Shown here: positions 1 to 20,144 of the stretch, piece by piece | Position numbering within the stretch: the stretch's first letter is position 1 | How the letters are laid out: every line of letters starts with the position of its first letter | Assembly: GCF_009914755.1 (NCBI RefSeq) | Contig: NC_060943.1 | Direction: 5' to 3' (one strand) | DNA: 64,000 nucleotides | From: the human T2T-CHM13v2.0 reference genome, Homo sapiens | The notes under the pieces: model-generated | Seen by the model: the letters and a program-made list of their open reading frames with translations, nothing else | Told to the model about the DNA's origin: nothing | The model's database searches: none | Program-made: the position numbers and the translations under genes

Positions 1-587
<587 letters not shown>

Positions 588-741
588 ACTTGGACAGTCC
601 TGGGTTCAAGTCCCTGCTCATCAGCCACATGATCTGTCCTCAGTTTCCCCTTCTGAAAAGTGAAATGCCCATAGTCACTGAGCTGTCTAAAGCATAAAAC
701 AAGATAGCCCACCCCAGCCCTCCAGATGTGCTGTCATTGTG

Positions 742-1076
<335 letters not shown>

Positions 1077-1084
1077 TAATTGCT

Positions 1085-2290
<1,206 letters not shown>

Positions 2291-2472
2291 TTTTTAAAAC
2301 CTCACTTTACCTCAGTAAAACTATAAACACACAATACAAGCTCTTCCTCCAAAAATACCTAGCCTGGCACCCATCATGCATGGGGTACCCACTGGATTGG
2401 GGACTTCATGACCTTAATGGAGACAGGGACCAGTGTGGGGTGGAGGAGAACTTAGGAGAAGCTCCCACTTCC

Positions 2473-2957
<485 letters not shown>

Positions 2958-3039
2958 GCTCCCACTTCTCGAATCACCCTCCCCCACATCTATACCCCAC
3001 TACCCCGATCCCTGGGAAAAGGAATCTGGGCCCCGTCAG

Positions 3040-3255
3040 CCTTCGCCTCTCCCAGGCCACAACAAGTAATTTCTGAACGTTGTTCACTCTGCCAACAAGG
3101 CACAAGATTAATTATGGCCATAACACACCAGGCGCCGCCTAAATCTTTCATAGATCCATGCGCGCACTCACACACGCCTGCACACGCTCACACACAGCCT
3201 GCGGCTGGCTCTCTCATTCCTCTGGATTTTGCATTTCTTTGCAAGATGCTGCAGG
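3040..3255. promoter_or_regulatory. Candidate enhancer / conserved non-coding element
   Basis: Repeat-free, CpGs retained, GATTAATTATGG homeobox cluster at 3106-3117. Confidence 0.45.
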
Positions 3256-3559
3256 TGGACACGAGGGGAGATGCCTCCTCTCCCTCCTTGTCTCTTTCAC
3301 CTGCCTGAGCGGATCTTGGGGAGGAAGGGAGCTTTCGCCCCAGCGAGAGGAAGGAGTCAGTGTCCACGGGGGCATCTTTGCAAGGGGGTTGGCTGTGTAG
3401 GGAGGAAGTTATCAGTGATAGGGGGTCTGGGACCATGACCCGGCTCTTGGGGTAAACCTGGAGATCCCTGTGTCATTAGGGAAAGTGGCCAGCACCCTCT
3501 CCTTTCCCAAAAGATGAACAGACACTCATCTATTCATTTGACAGTGTGAGGGTTTACAG

Positions 3560-4113
<554 letters not shown>

Positions 4114-4867
4114 GGTTGGGGTTTAAGCATCGGGCCCTGAGCTCAGGAAAGGTCACCTCCTGTGCTCAGATCTTATTTCTTATTTTTTCATCCTTGCATT
4201 TTATATATGGAGGCTCAAAGCCATGAAAGGGCTTAGTGAGGGACTCATACACCAGGATGTGGCCAAAGGAATTCCGAGATGCCTCAGTGATCTTGAGACC
4301 TCTTCTGTTTGCCAGTGAGGAAACTGAGGCCCAGAGAGGGGCAGAGTTGACTCTCAGGCCTCTACTTCCCGGCTCAGTCCTGGGTCTCTTGAACTCCAGA
4401 TATTCCCAGTCACATCCCTGCCTGTCCTTGGTACTGCAGCCGCAGAAGCTGCCTGCCTGCAATTTACCAAATGTGACAGCATCTTGGCCCCAGTAGTGCA
4501 ACCCAAGCCAGTGGCATCTGCGGGGCTGTCACCTCCCATGCCAGGTCTGAGTGATGGTTGGAGGGGGTGAGAGACAAACACTTACTGTGTGCCCGAGCCC
4601 AGCTGGCTGGGTGCTTCTGCAGACTTGGCGGATGACTGAAGACACTCAGTGACCCCAAGGACAAGTGGCACATGACCCCATTAGGCAGATGTGGAAACTG
4701 AGGCTCCAGGATGGATGGAAACACTGCAGGATTCCTTCCCGCTGGTGGGCCCTGGACCGGGGGTTGCAGACTTAGCTGTGAGCAAAACAGACCTGGCCCC
4801 TACCCTCCTGGGCTCTCATGGCATGGGGAAGATGAGCCCTGAGCATTAACATTATAAATAGTTATTA

Positions 4868-5149
<282 letters not shown>

Positions 5150-5615
5150 CTATGCAGTCTGCTGGGTAATGAATCCTATGAAAATTAAAGCAAGAAGGGG
5201 CATGGGGTGCCAGAGATTCCATGGAAGAAAGTGAAAGTTAGAAACTAAGGTGGGCAATGTGTCAGGGAGGCCTCACTGAGCAGGTGACATCTCAGCAGAT
5301 ACTTGAAAGAGGCAGGGAGGGAGCCGTGTGGTGACTGGAGAAGAGTGTTGGAAACAGAGGGCACAGCCCGTGCAAAGACCCTATGGCAGAACCTCGCCTG
5401 GCATGTTGGAGGAACAGCGAGGAGGCCCATGTGGCTGGAGCAGAGTGAGGAAGGGGAGACACGGAGGGAGGGAGGGGAGGGGAGGGAGGGGACGGGCCAA
5501 GTCATGCAGGGCTTTGCGGGCTGCAGAGAGGACTTGGGCTTTGACTCTGAGGGAGGCGGGAGCCATGGAGGGCTGTAGGCAGAGGAGGGACGGAACCTGA
5601 TTCAGGTGTCCACAG
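5150..5615 (-). mobile_element. L2 3'-region fragment (GC-rich variant)
   Basis: gggcacagcccgtgcaaag...tgttggaggaacagcgaggaggcccatgtggctggagcagagtgag is antisense L2. Confidence 0.85.
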
Positions 5616-5899
5616 AGTGAAGGTGGAGGAGGGTGGGCCACTTTAGCCCAGGTAGTCTGGGACGGCTACTCTAAAGAGGTGACCTTGGAGTTCCAGTTGA
5701 GTGGGGAGCAGCCTTGAGATGCTCTAGGGCAAGAAAGGGCATTCCAGGCTGGATTGCTTCTAAAAAGCTTGGCCTATTTGAAGAATGCCAGACAGACAGT
5801 GTGGCTGGAGTGAGCTGGGAGGAAAGCAGAGGAGAAGGACCTGATTGGGGGTTCTGGACCCCCCAGAACACTGAAGACAACAGTGACAGCTTTCATTAT

Positions 5900-6177
5900 T
5901 ATTTCTATTATTATTATTTTGTAGAAATGGGGTCTTGCTATGTTGCCCAGGCTGGTCTCGATCTCCTGGCCTCAAGCGATCCTCCCACCTCAGCCTCCTG
6001 AGTAGCTGGGACCTCAGGCACATGCCATCACACCCAGCTAATTTTTTTTTAATTTTTTGCAGAGATCGGATCTCGCTATGTTGCCCAGGCTGGTCTTGAA
6101 CTCCTGGCCTCAAGCAATTCTCCTGCCTCAGCCTCCTGAAGTGCAGGGATTACAGGTGTGAACCACTGTGCCCTGCC
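5900..6177 (-). mobile_element. AluJ/FLAM-type composite
   Basis: Two left-arm-like reverse segments (gctatgttgcccaggctggtct...ctcctggcctcaagc). Confidence 0.9.
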
Positions 6178-6264
6178 AGAGCCCTAGAGTTTTAATCTTG
6201 ATCTAAGGAAATAGTAAGTCATGGCAGGGCTTTCAGCAGGGGAGGGACAAAATCAGATGGACAG

Positions 6265-7095
<831 letters not shown>

Positions 7096-7096
7096 G

Positions 7097-7530
<434 letters not shown>

Positions 7531-7884
7531 AAAGAATAAAATGAAGCAAAATAAACCCCCTGCCACAATCCTGTTCCCTGGGGTGACCCCCCTTGACGTT
7601 CTGGTGTGGATGCTTCTGGAATGTTCTCCGGTGTCATTCTGCTCTGTCCTCCGGCCCCCACCCACGTGTCCAGGATGTGAGTCCTCGTCCGCTACCACAC
7701 CAGACCTCACCCTTCATCACGGCTGCATAGCCTTCCTTTTCAGGGATGATAGAGGTCACCTGCCCCCCAGTGACGGGTTTCTGGTCATTTCTGGTTATTT
7801 GTCTGTCAACGCTGAAGTGAAGGCTGCTGGACGCATCTCTCTGTTGCTCTAAAACCCTAACTTACAGAGGCCCAGTCTGGTTTA

Positions 7885-8296
<412 letters not shown>

Positions 8297-8459
8297 TGAC
8301 ACGAGGCGCAGACAGAGTTGGTTCTGAGTCCCCTGGCCCTTCGCCAGTGCCCTGAGCCAAGGGAGGGTACAGGGCTCTCTTCCTCCACCTCCAGGCCACC
8401 ACTCTGCCCCCCTCCAACCCATTCCCCCAACACAGACAGTGGGATCTGTTTATTCATAA

Positions 8460-8720
8460 AGTAGATCACGTCCCTCTCCTACTCAAATCCCTCCCAGGGA
8501 TCCCTAGTACCACTTGAATAAAACCCGAAGTCCTCCCCACAGCCCGCAAAGCCCTGCACACCTTGCCCTGTCCCTTCCCTACTTTGCCCTGTCCCCTCCC
8601 TGCCCTCTCCTCCTCCTCACCCCCTCCTCTCCCCCTCCTCACTCTGCTGCAGCCACACGAGCCCCCTCGCTGTTCCTCCAACACGCCAGGGTCTGTCCTG
8701 CCCCAGGGCCTTGGCACTGA
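8460..8720 (+). mobile_element. L2 3'-region fragment (GC-rich variant)
   Basis: ctcactctgctgcagccacacg...cctcgctgttcctccaacacgccagg...ccccagggccttggcac. Confidence 0.85.
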
Positions 8721-8879
8721 TGGTGCCTCCTGCTCACCCCCTTGTCCAGGCAAACGCCTCATTTTGCAAATCACAGCTCCAATATCATTTACTCATTCCA
8801 TACTTACGGAGGAGAGAAAGAAAGAGAGAGAGGCTGGGGTGTCTGAGAGAGGATGTCGGAGGGGAAAAGCTAGGCAGGG

Positions 8880-9330
8880 GGCTGGAGGGGAGGGGCGGGG
8901 TGTGGACAGGCTTGCAGGGGGGCGTCTCGGAGGCTGATGAGGCAGCTGGGACAGAGGTGGGGGCGGCGGCCCCAGGATGTGTGCAGCCCCCTGCCGCCCA
9001 CCCCCCCAGCAGCGCGCTGGCTGCTGCCCGTCAACACTCGCCAGAGATGCGGGAAATATTTTCTCTCCGGCTGACACTTTTGGCAAAATACAATTCCTCC
9101 AGCTTTTTTCCGTGCAAAAAACATGTCCATCAAACCCGTCCCTGCGGCGCCTGTGGAAGAGGGAGGCCGCTGGATTGGGTCCGGGAATTGCGGGAATGGC
9201 TCCGGGGAGAGATGGCAGCCTCCCCGCCCCGCTCTCTCTCGCTCTCTCTGCAGTCAGAAGGCGACATAAAAACAGTAAGAAAAATAGTTAAAAGCCCACC
9301 GCGTGTTCAGTCAGCGCTGGACTTTCTCCT
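8880..9330. promoter_or_regulatory. CpG-rich unique island, candidate enhancer/CNE
   Basis: No repeat similarity, many CpGs, GC boxes (ggggcgggg at ~8892, ccccgcccc at 9222), AT-rich motif blocks. Confidence 0.55.
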
Positions 9331-10004
9331 ATCTATGCCTGCTCCATGTGCCTGCACAACCCTACTGCTATTAGCCCCGGGTTTCCGATAAGAATGCTGA
9401 GCCCAGAGAGGGGAAGACGCTTCCCCAAGGTCACACAGCACAGTTGGGATTTGAATTCAGATCCTACATGACCTCCCCAGGGGTGCCTCGAAGAGCCTCT
9501 ACTGAGGAGGGAGAGGAAAGGAAAAGCAACGGACACCAGAGGGATCAGCAGATGTAAGAGTTTCAAGCAGGCTTCATGCAATAGCTCCTGAAGCCCTCAG
9601 TTAAATCCTCTGTAGCCAGCAGCCCTCAGTTAAATCAAGATGTGACTGTGGCTTTCCCAACTGCCTGTATCATCCTTTCACATGCTAGTCCCCACAAACC
9701 CCTAAGCCAGGGACAACTGTGGCAACCACAGCAACTGGCTCAGAAGAAAAGAAATAAGAATAAAGTTTGGAAGCTGGCGACACCCAGATGTCCCCTCCTT
9801 TCTTACCCAGAGTAGGAAAAGAGGAGGCCTTCAGTAACAACGGTCTTAGACATGAGAGAGAACATCCACCACCATGGAGATTCAAATCCAAACTGCACCC
9901 CTCACCTCCTGGTACACTCAGCCCAACCATCTCAACTCTGGGAGCCTTGAGGGGTTGCAATGTAGATACCAGACATATAAAAGCTGCAGTGGGCCGTGCT
10001 TAAG

Positions 10005-10550
<546 letters not shown>

Positions 10551-10669
10551 TAATTAGATATGTGATTCCCAACCAGAGACAGGGAGAGCCGGGACGATGT
10601 CCTCCCTCCCCGCCCACCCAACCCAGGGAAGGGCAGCAGGGAGATGGCTCTGGTCCCAGAGCCCCAGCC

Positions 10670-10880
10670 ACCGGCGGCTCCCTGGGCGAGGGATTGACTT
10701 TTCTAGAATGTTTTGCCCCTCCTCCCAGTTTCCATCAGGAGCCAGCGCGGCCGCATAAATCCCGCTTTACGGCTGTTATTGACGGGGGAGCAGAGAGAGC
10801 AGCCCCAGGAAGGCCCAATTAATTTTCCCACCTGGCATCTGTGCGCCAGACGAATTTCTGAACTGCTGCAGGGAGGGGCA
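10670..10880. promoter_or_regulatory. Candidate enhancer/CNE
   Basis: Unique, CpG-rich (NotI site at 10747), CATAAA, TTTACGG and CAATTAATT HOX/homeobox-type motifs. Confidence 0.5.
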
Positions 10881-11039
10881 GAGCGAGCTGGGGAAAGGCC
10901 AGGCTGAGGACAAGGTCGTGGGCAGGCCGGGATATCCTAGGCTCTTAGCTTCAGAGCACTGTTGAGGGAGTCCCAGGCTCTCTTGTCTGAAGGGTAGAAG
11001 TGGAGGGGGCTGTCAATTCTGAGTAGGGCTTGAAGCTTT

Positions 11040-11420
11040 CAGTTAGGATGCAGATGAGGGTTTCACTGAGGAGACACTGAAGCAAAGACACAAAGGAGGC
11101 TAGGGAGGCTGCCACATGGCTTTTGGAAGGAACAGCTTGCCAGCAGAGGGCACAGCCTGTGCAAAGGCCCTGAGGCAGGACCTCACCTGGGGTGTTGGAG
11201 GAACAACGAGGAGGCCCATGTGGCTGGAGCAGAGTGAGTGAGGGGGAGACAAGGAGGAGGAGAGGGCAGGGAGGGGCTGGGGCAGGTCGTGCAGGGCCTG
11301 GTAGGCCTCGGGGAGGACTTGGGCTTTGACCCTGAGGGAGGTGGGAGCCATTGAGGGCTGTGGGCAGAGGAGAGACGAGATCTGACTTAGGTGCTCACGG
11401 GCGCCCTCTGGCTGCTGTTC
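11040..11420 (-). mobile_element. L2 3'-region fragment (GC-rich variant) carrying two CTCF-like motifs
   Basis: gtgcaaaggccctgaggcagg...gtggctggagcagagtgag...gaggacttgggctttgacc. Confidence 0.87.
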
Positions 11421-11539
11421 AGAGAACAGTTGTGGGATTCACAGGGAAAACAAAACCCAGTTACTAAATTCTCCCAGGTCCAGGTATTGGCTGGGATCTG
11501 TAAACCAGAGACCCCCTGGCACTTTAAAAGGAAAATCAA

Positions 11540-11655
11540 GGCTGGGCGCAGAGGTTCACGCCCATAATCCCAGCACTTTGGGAGGCCGAGCGGGTAGATC
11601 ACCTGAGGTCAAGAGTTCGAGACCAGCCTGGCCAACATGGAGAAACTCCATCACT
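11540..11655 (+). mobile_element. Alu left arm, truncated
   Basis: Alu 5' consensus ending abruptly at aaactccatc. Confidence 0.93.
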
Positions 11656-12055
11656 ATTTCCAAAACTTTCTCATCTTCCCAAATTGAAACTCCATCTCCA
11701 TGAAACACTCACTCCCCACCCCCCTCCCCAGCCCCTGGCACTCCCCATCCTACGTTCTGTCTCTGTGAATCTGATGACTCTAGGGATCTCCTAGGAGTGG
11801 AGTCACACAAGATTTGTTCTTTTGTGTCTGGCTTCTCTCACTGAGTGTGATGTCCTCAAGGTTCATCAATGTCATCGCCTGTATCAGAATTTCCTTCCTT
11901 TTTAAGGCTGAGTAATATTCCATTTTATGCATAGATCACATTTTGCTCATCCATTCGTCTGATGAAACACTTGTGTTGTTTTTGGCTTTTGCCTATCGTG
12001 AATCATGCTGCTATGAATGTGAGTGTACAAGTATCTCTTTGAGACTCTGCTTTCT
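11650..12055 (-). mobile_element. L1MB-like 3' UTR fragment
   Basis: ctccccagcccctggca...tctgtctctgtgaat...ttttgtgtctggcttct.tcactgag...aaggttcatc...aatttccttcctttttaaggctgagtaatattccatt. Confidence 0.9.
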
Positions 12056-12059
12056 ATCA

Positions 12060-12140
12060 AATTTTGTTTGATTTTAATTAATTTAATGTAAACAGCCACC
12101 CATGGCTAGTGACTGCCATATTGGACAGAGTGGCTCTGCA
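12060..12140. mobile_element. MER3/MER33-like hAT terminal fragment
   Basis: aacagccac..atggctagtgactgccatattggacag terminal motif. Confidence 0.65.
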
Positions 12141-12601
12141 GAATGGAAAGAGAATAGAAGAGAATGAATTTTTTTCTTTCTTCAGTGTGATTGAATTCTC
12201 TGTCTGGGCCAACGAATGGCAGGCATCTCATGAGTCAATGACAGTTATAAGTGTCCCACACTAGAACCAATTGTCCAGGGCAGACACATCCCAAGAGCCA
12301 GGGCGACCATGGAAAAGCCCCTGCCTAGGATGAGGTCCCATGGTCCTGCTGCTTTCTTCTGCCCAAGGGCAGGTGGTCTGGATCCAACAGGCTTGGGGAC
12401 AAGAGCCACCATGTCCTTAGCCACCCCTTTCTGGCTGTTGCTGCACAGCCCTGCTTACAAGAGACCCAAGGCAGCCACACCTCACCCCATGGCCATGGGC
12501 CTCATGAAGGTGGTGCCCAGGGAGATCGGGTGGGAGATCTGGGACTCCTTGGATTGCACCTGTGCTGTAGAAGAGCCTTGAAGGAAATGTTTAAATGGAG
12601 G

Positions 12602-13191
12602 TGTATCCATTAGCTATTGCTGTGTAACAAAGTACCCACAAACCTAGCAGCTTCAAGCAACACATTTATTATCTCACAGTTCCCATGGATTGGGAATCTG
12701 AGCATGGCTTAGCTGGGGCCCCTGCATTAGGGTTTCTTACAAGGTTACAGTTTTGGTGTCAACCAGGACTATGGTCTCATCAGAGGCTCGACTGGGGAAG
12801 GATCCATTTCTAAGCCTTCTCGGGTTGCTAGCAGGATTCATTTCCTTGTGGCTGCAGGATTGAGGTGCCTGGCTTCTTGCCATTGGCTGAATTCTGCTCT
12901 CAGCTTCAAGAGGCTGCCCACAGTTCCTTGCAATGTGGTCCCCACCCTGGGCTGTTCACAATGTGACCATGTGCCAGTAAGAGAGAAAAAGAGTAGTGAG
13001 ATTGCTAGCCAGATAGAGTCTTATGTAAGGTAATATAATCATGGAAGCAACATTCTGTCACCTGTGCTATATACTGTTGATGAGAAACAAGTCACAGGTC
13101 ATGCCCACACTCAAGAGTAGGGAATTATGCACAGGATGTGAACACCAGAAGGCAGGAATCATGGGAGCCACTTTAGGATCTGTCTGCCACA
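12602..13191 (-). mobile_element. MLT1F-like MaLR solo LTR
   Basis: tattgctgtgtaacaa...catttattatctcacagtt...ggaatcatgggagccactttagga.tctgtctgccaca. Confidence 0.85.
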
Positions 13192-13964
13192 GGAGATAAA
13201 GAGAGCAAGAGTTTTCAATGGCTCTGGGCCCCAAGGGGTTTCTGGGAGACAGGGAAGGAAGAAAAGGAGGGGGGAAGGAGGAGCTGAGAGTAAGAGAGAT
13301 TGGGAATTGGGAGGAAGGGAAAAAGAAAGACATTAAATTCCATCTATATCTGTGGTGCCCCACTTTTGCCCAGCCTTGTACCCAGAAAAGTACCAGCCCT
13401 GGATTTTTCTATGTCTAGCACAGATACTCCCAGCCTAGTCTGACATTTGCTGTGATAAGGGAGGTTGGAAAAGGTTCCTGATCCAATGTGGGGTTGGGAA
13501 AGGTATCCTGGAGGAGGCACTTTCTGTGCTGATCCCCAAGTTTGAGACAGAGCCAATGGGTGAGAAGGGGGAGTGGGTTCTTGCTGGAGAGACCAGCAAG
13601 AACAAAGGCCCAGAAGCATGAAGCAGAGATGTATGTTCACACCAGGAGAGCAGAGTGATAATACAAGAGGGTGGAGGAATGGGTCATTACTTTGCCTCTT
13701 AGGGAGGTGATGTTGTACCCATTGTACAGATGGGAAGACTGAGGCTCAGAGAGGTGAAACCACTTTCTCCAGGCCACAGGGCTAAGAAGCGGAGCAGCCT
13801 CATTCGTAAAATGGATGTTTGAGGTCCTCATTAGATCTCACATCCTGGCTCTGAGGCCTCCTTTGTGACTCGGGATCAAAAACAAGAATAATAATAATAG
13901 CAGCAGTATTTGTTGATCACTTTCTATGTGCTAAGTGCTCTTGTAAATGCTGTACTTCAGAAGT

Positions 13965-14855
13965 CAGCCAGGGACAAATACAGTCCAACACCTGTTTTTA
14001 ATTTTTTTTTTTGAGACGGAGTCTCACTGTGTCACCCAGGCTGGAGTGCAGTGGTGCAATCTCAGCTCGCTGCCAGCTCCGCCTCCTGGGTTCACACCAC
14101 TCTCCTGACTCAGCCTCCTGAGTAGCTGGGACCACAGGCACCTGCCACCATGCCCGACTAATTTTTTGTATTTTTAGTAGAGACGGGGTTTCACTGCGTC
14201 AGCCAGGATGGTCTCGATCTCCTGACCTCGTGATCCATCCACCTCGGCCTCCCGAAGTGCTGGGATTACAGGCGTGAGCCACTGCGCCCGGACAACTTTT
14301 TTAATAGTTGAAAAAATAAAATAATATTGTGGTGCTGAACACAGTGGCTCATGCCTGTAGTCATGTCAGTGTTTAGGGAGGTGAGGCGGGAGGATTGCTT
14401 GAGGCCAGGAGTTAGACACCAGCCTGAGCAACATAGCAAAACCCCATTTCCACCAAAAATTTAAAAATTACCTGGGTGTAGTGGTGTGAGCCTGTGGTCC
14501 CAGCTACTCAGGAAGCTGAGGGGAGAGGATCCCTTGAGCCCAGGAGTTCGAGGCTACAGTGAGCTATGATGGCACCACTGCGCTCCAGCCTGGGTGACAG
14601 AGCGAGACCCCGTCTCTAAAAAAAAGAAAATAGTAAACATAAAATAAAATAAAATAAAAACTTGTCTTTTGGGACACATGAAAATATGAAATTCCAATGT
14701 CAGCATCAACAAATAAAGTTTTACTGGCATGCAACCATGCTCATTTGCTCAGCTATCATCTATGACTGCTTTTACACGACTGGCAGAGTTGACTTTCTGG
14801 CCAAAACTTTTGACTTTCTGGCCCCTTACAGAAAAAGCTTGCCAGCCCCTGCTGT
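13965..14855. mobile_element. MER58B-like hAT element interrupted by AluY (-, 14002-14292) and AluJ (+, 14333-14660)
   Basis: aaataaagttttactgg...ccatgctcattt...tctggccccttacagaaaaagcttgccagcccctg; Alu consensus inside. Confidence 0.8.
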
Positions 14856-14869
14856 CATGTGTTCACTCT

Positions 14870-15040
14870 TTGCAACAGCCCCATGAGTTAGATGCTGTGT
14901 CTTCCTTCATTTATACAGATGGGGAAACTGAGGCATACAAGCTGAAGTGGCTCAGCTAAGGTTATAGTGGATAAGTGATCAAGCGGGGATTTGAACACAG
15001 GTCTGTTGGACTCCCCATAAGGTGCTCTCACTGCTGTGTC
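14870..15040 (-). mobile_element. MIR
   Basis: cattt.tacagatggggaaactgaggca...gggatttgaacacaggtctg. Confidence 0.85.
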
Positions 15041-15179
15041 ATGCCTTCTTGCCCAGCCCTTGGTGCTTAAGGCTGGGAGTGCCTGAGTCTAGCTCTTTCT
15101 CTCCCTAGCCTAGGATCCCTCCAGAGGGCTGGGCTCTGCACTGAGCCTTAGCAGAATCCCAGCATCCTTGGACCCGGGG

Positions 15180-15720
15180 AGGTGCGCCAGTCAGCAAAGT
15201 GCCCAAAGCAAGCTCCAGAATCCACCTTGCCCCCTCCTCCAGGGCCCATCCGGGAAGGCAGCCAGTTAAGCGCAAATCAATTAAACAAACTCCATGCTGC
15301 CTGCCGCCCTCATATTCTGACCTCAGCCAAGAGGCTCGCATTCCAGCCTGGCGGACTTGGGTCCAAGCAAATGCACTTGTGGGAGGATCTGAGAAGGGGC
15401 TGCAGGATCAGGAATCCATACAAAGAACTCCAGCCTGGCCCCCTGGGAGCCTGTGATACTTAGTTTGTATAATCTGATCCCCCTTGGGGAACATGGTGGG
15501 GAGGTACTGTGTGAGCAAACGCGGGGAGGGGGGAACCTGTGGAAACAAGAGCCTGTTCTGCAGAAGATGAGCTGCTCAGTGTGACGGAGAGTGCAAGGGA
15601 ACAGTGAGAAAGAAGCCTATAATTTGCTCATTGTATGTGTCAATCAAGCGATAGAGGTTGCTGTTTCTTCGTTGCATGCTATCTGAGAGATTTGACACCT
15701 GAAAAGGAAGTATCAAAATG
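15180..15720. promoter_or_regulatory. Candidate enhancer modules (15180-15380 and 15600-15720)
   Basis: Unique; AAATCAATTAAACA (ONECUT/homeobox/FOX overlap) at 15274-15287; CATTGT and TGTCAATCA in the second block. Confidence 0.45.
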
Positions 15721-16285
15721 CAGGCTCTCCCTGCTGGACTCAAACCTACAGCCGTCTTGTAAGGGCCTGAAGACAGAGCAGAGACACTAAGAAAAGGGGG
15801 CTTCTGGATCCAGCCATTCCTGAAGTCCATATACCCCTGGACTTTTCACTTTACAACCTGACATTTATGTATATGGTGTCTGCATGGTAATTAATAGTGG
15901 TCTTGTCAAATATTTCTTGATCTTTACCTTCTGAAACATAGAAGACTAGATTATTCTTCAGCAAATTTCATTCAACCTCTTCCCAAAGTTTACGGGAGAA
16001 ATGCCCTTCCCTGACCCACTGAGGCCATCCCAGCTACGTGACTTGCTTTGGTCAAGGCAATGTGAGGGAATGTGACAGTGTGCCAATTCTGCACTTAGGT
16101 CTTCAGAGTCACTGCATGTTTCTACATGACCTCTCCTGCTCCAACCTTTAGCCCTGGGTCAAAAATGCCTTGAAAAGCCACTAAGCCAAGGAAGATAAAA
16201 AAACACATGGACCCGGCCTGACCCAATTCACAGGGTAGAACTGAGCCCAGCTGATCTGCAGATGTGAGAAGGAGAAATAAATGCT

Positions 16286-17071
<786 letters not shown>

Positions 17072-17200
17072 TTAGGGTTGTATGTCAAAGAGATTTGGTG
17101 GATGTCATAGCTACGGCTATTACATGAGCACAGTTTGGGATTGAACTTCCTGGCTTCTGCAATGGGTTGGATTGAGTGGGAATGTAGGATGGGTTCTAGA

Positions 17201-17246
17201 CAACATGGTGAAACCCTGTCTCTACTCAAAATACAACAATTAGCTG
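17201..17246 (+). mobile_element. Isolated internal Alu fragment (46 bp, no tail)
   Basis: caacatggtgaaaccctgtctctactcaaaatacaacaattagctg embedded in non-Alu DNA. Confidence 0.85.
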
Positions 17247-17686
17247 CTAATGAAATACCCTCCAGAACCCTGTTTTCTTCTGCCACAGAAATCAACAAGT
17301 TCCAGGCAGTGACTGCTCCATCAGCCAGGGTCCTGGAGGGAAGTGATAATCTTCAAGTCCCTGGCCCAAAAGGTCACAATTGCATATACAATGTGAGTGA
17401 GAAATAAACTTTGGATGTTCTTAGCCTCTGAGGCATAGGGGCTGTTTGATTACTGCAGCAAAACCAAGCCTATCCTAACAGATACAACAGGAATGGAGGC
17501 TTTTGATACCACAGAAAAAGGTGGCAGACAGTGGCATAGATCCTAGGCAAAAAGGAAGACTCCAGACCCTAACTGGTAACATTTATCAAGTCCTTGCTGT
17601 GGTCCAGGTGCTCTGCACAGCGCTTCTTTTGAGAGTTTACATGCTTACATTGAATTTGCACACTCATGCTATGGGGTAAGAGCTGA

Positions 17687-17978
<292 letters not shown>

Positions 17979-18382
17979 CCAAGAGCTGATATGGTCTCCA
18001 TTCTACCAGCCAGGAAACTAGGCTCAGGGAGGGACATAATTCACTCAAGGTCACATAGCAGGGAATAGGTATAGCTGGAATTTCCTGCCAGACCTGTCTG
18101 ATTGCAGAGTCTGCCTTTGCCCACAATCCACCTTCCTCCTGGCCATGATACGACGTTCCAAGGGTCTGCAGCCACATGGTTTATCATCTCCACCAACGGG
18201 ACTTGAGACCACAAGAGAAACCACAAACCTCAAGCCCTAAAGCTTCTCAAACTCACCTGTTGGGATTTAAATCTTTCAAGGAGACCTAGTAGCTCCCCAG
18301 AGTAGCCTCATAGAGCCACCATCCCCATGCTTCCAGTTCCTTCTATGATCTCACCATTATTACATGGGGGAAGATTTCTCTC

Positions 18383-19717
<1,335 letters not shown>

Positions 19718-19813
19718 TAGCATTTCTCACCTTCTAACACACCCTGCCACATACCTACTTGTCACTGTATTCCACGGGCTCTGAGATGCCGTCAAATATA
19801 AGATGCACCTTTG

Positions 19814-20144
<331 letters not shown>

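Noticed and set aside
8711-9391. 226-aa ORF over the CpG-rich island
   Set aside because: Begins at a non-ATG codon in L2 sequence, has no recognisable domain, and long ORFs are expected in GC-rich DNA.
19765-19812. Possible MER104/Kanga (TcMar-Tc2) terminal fragment
   Set aside because: Too short to call confidently by eye.
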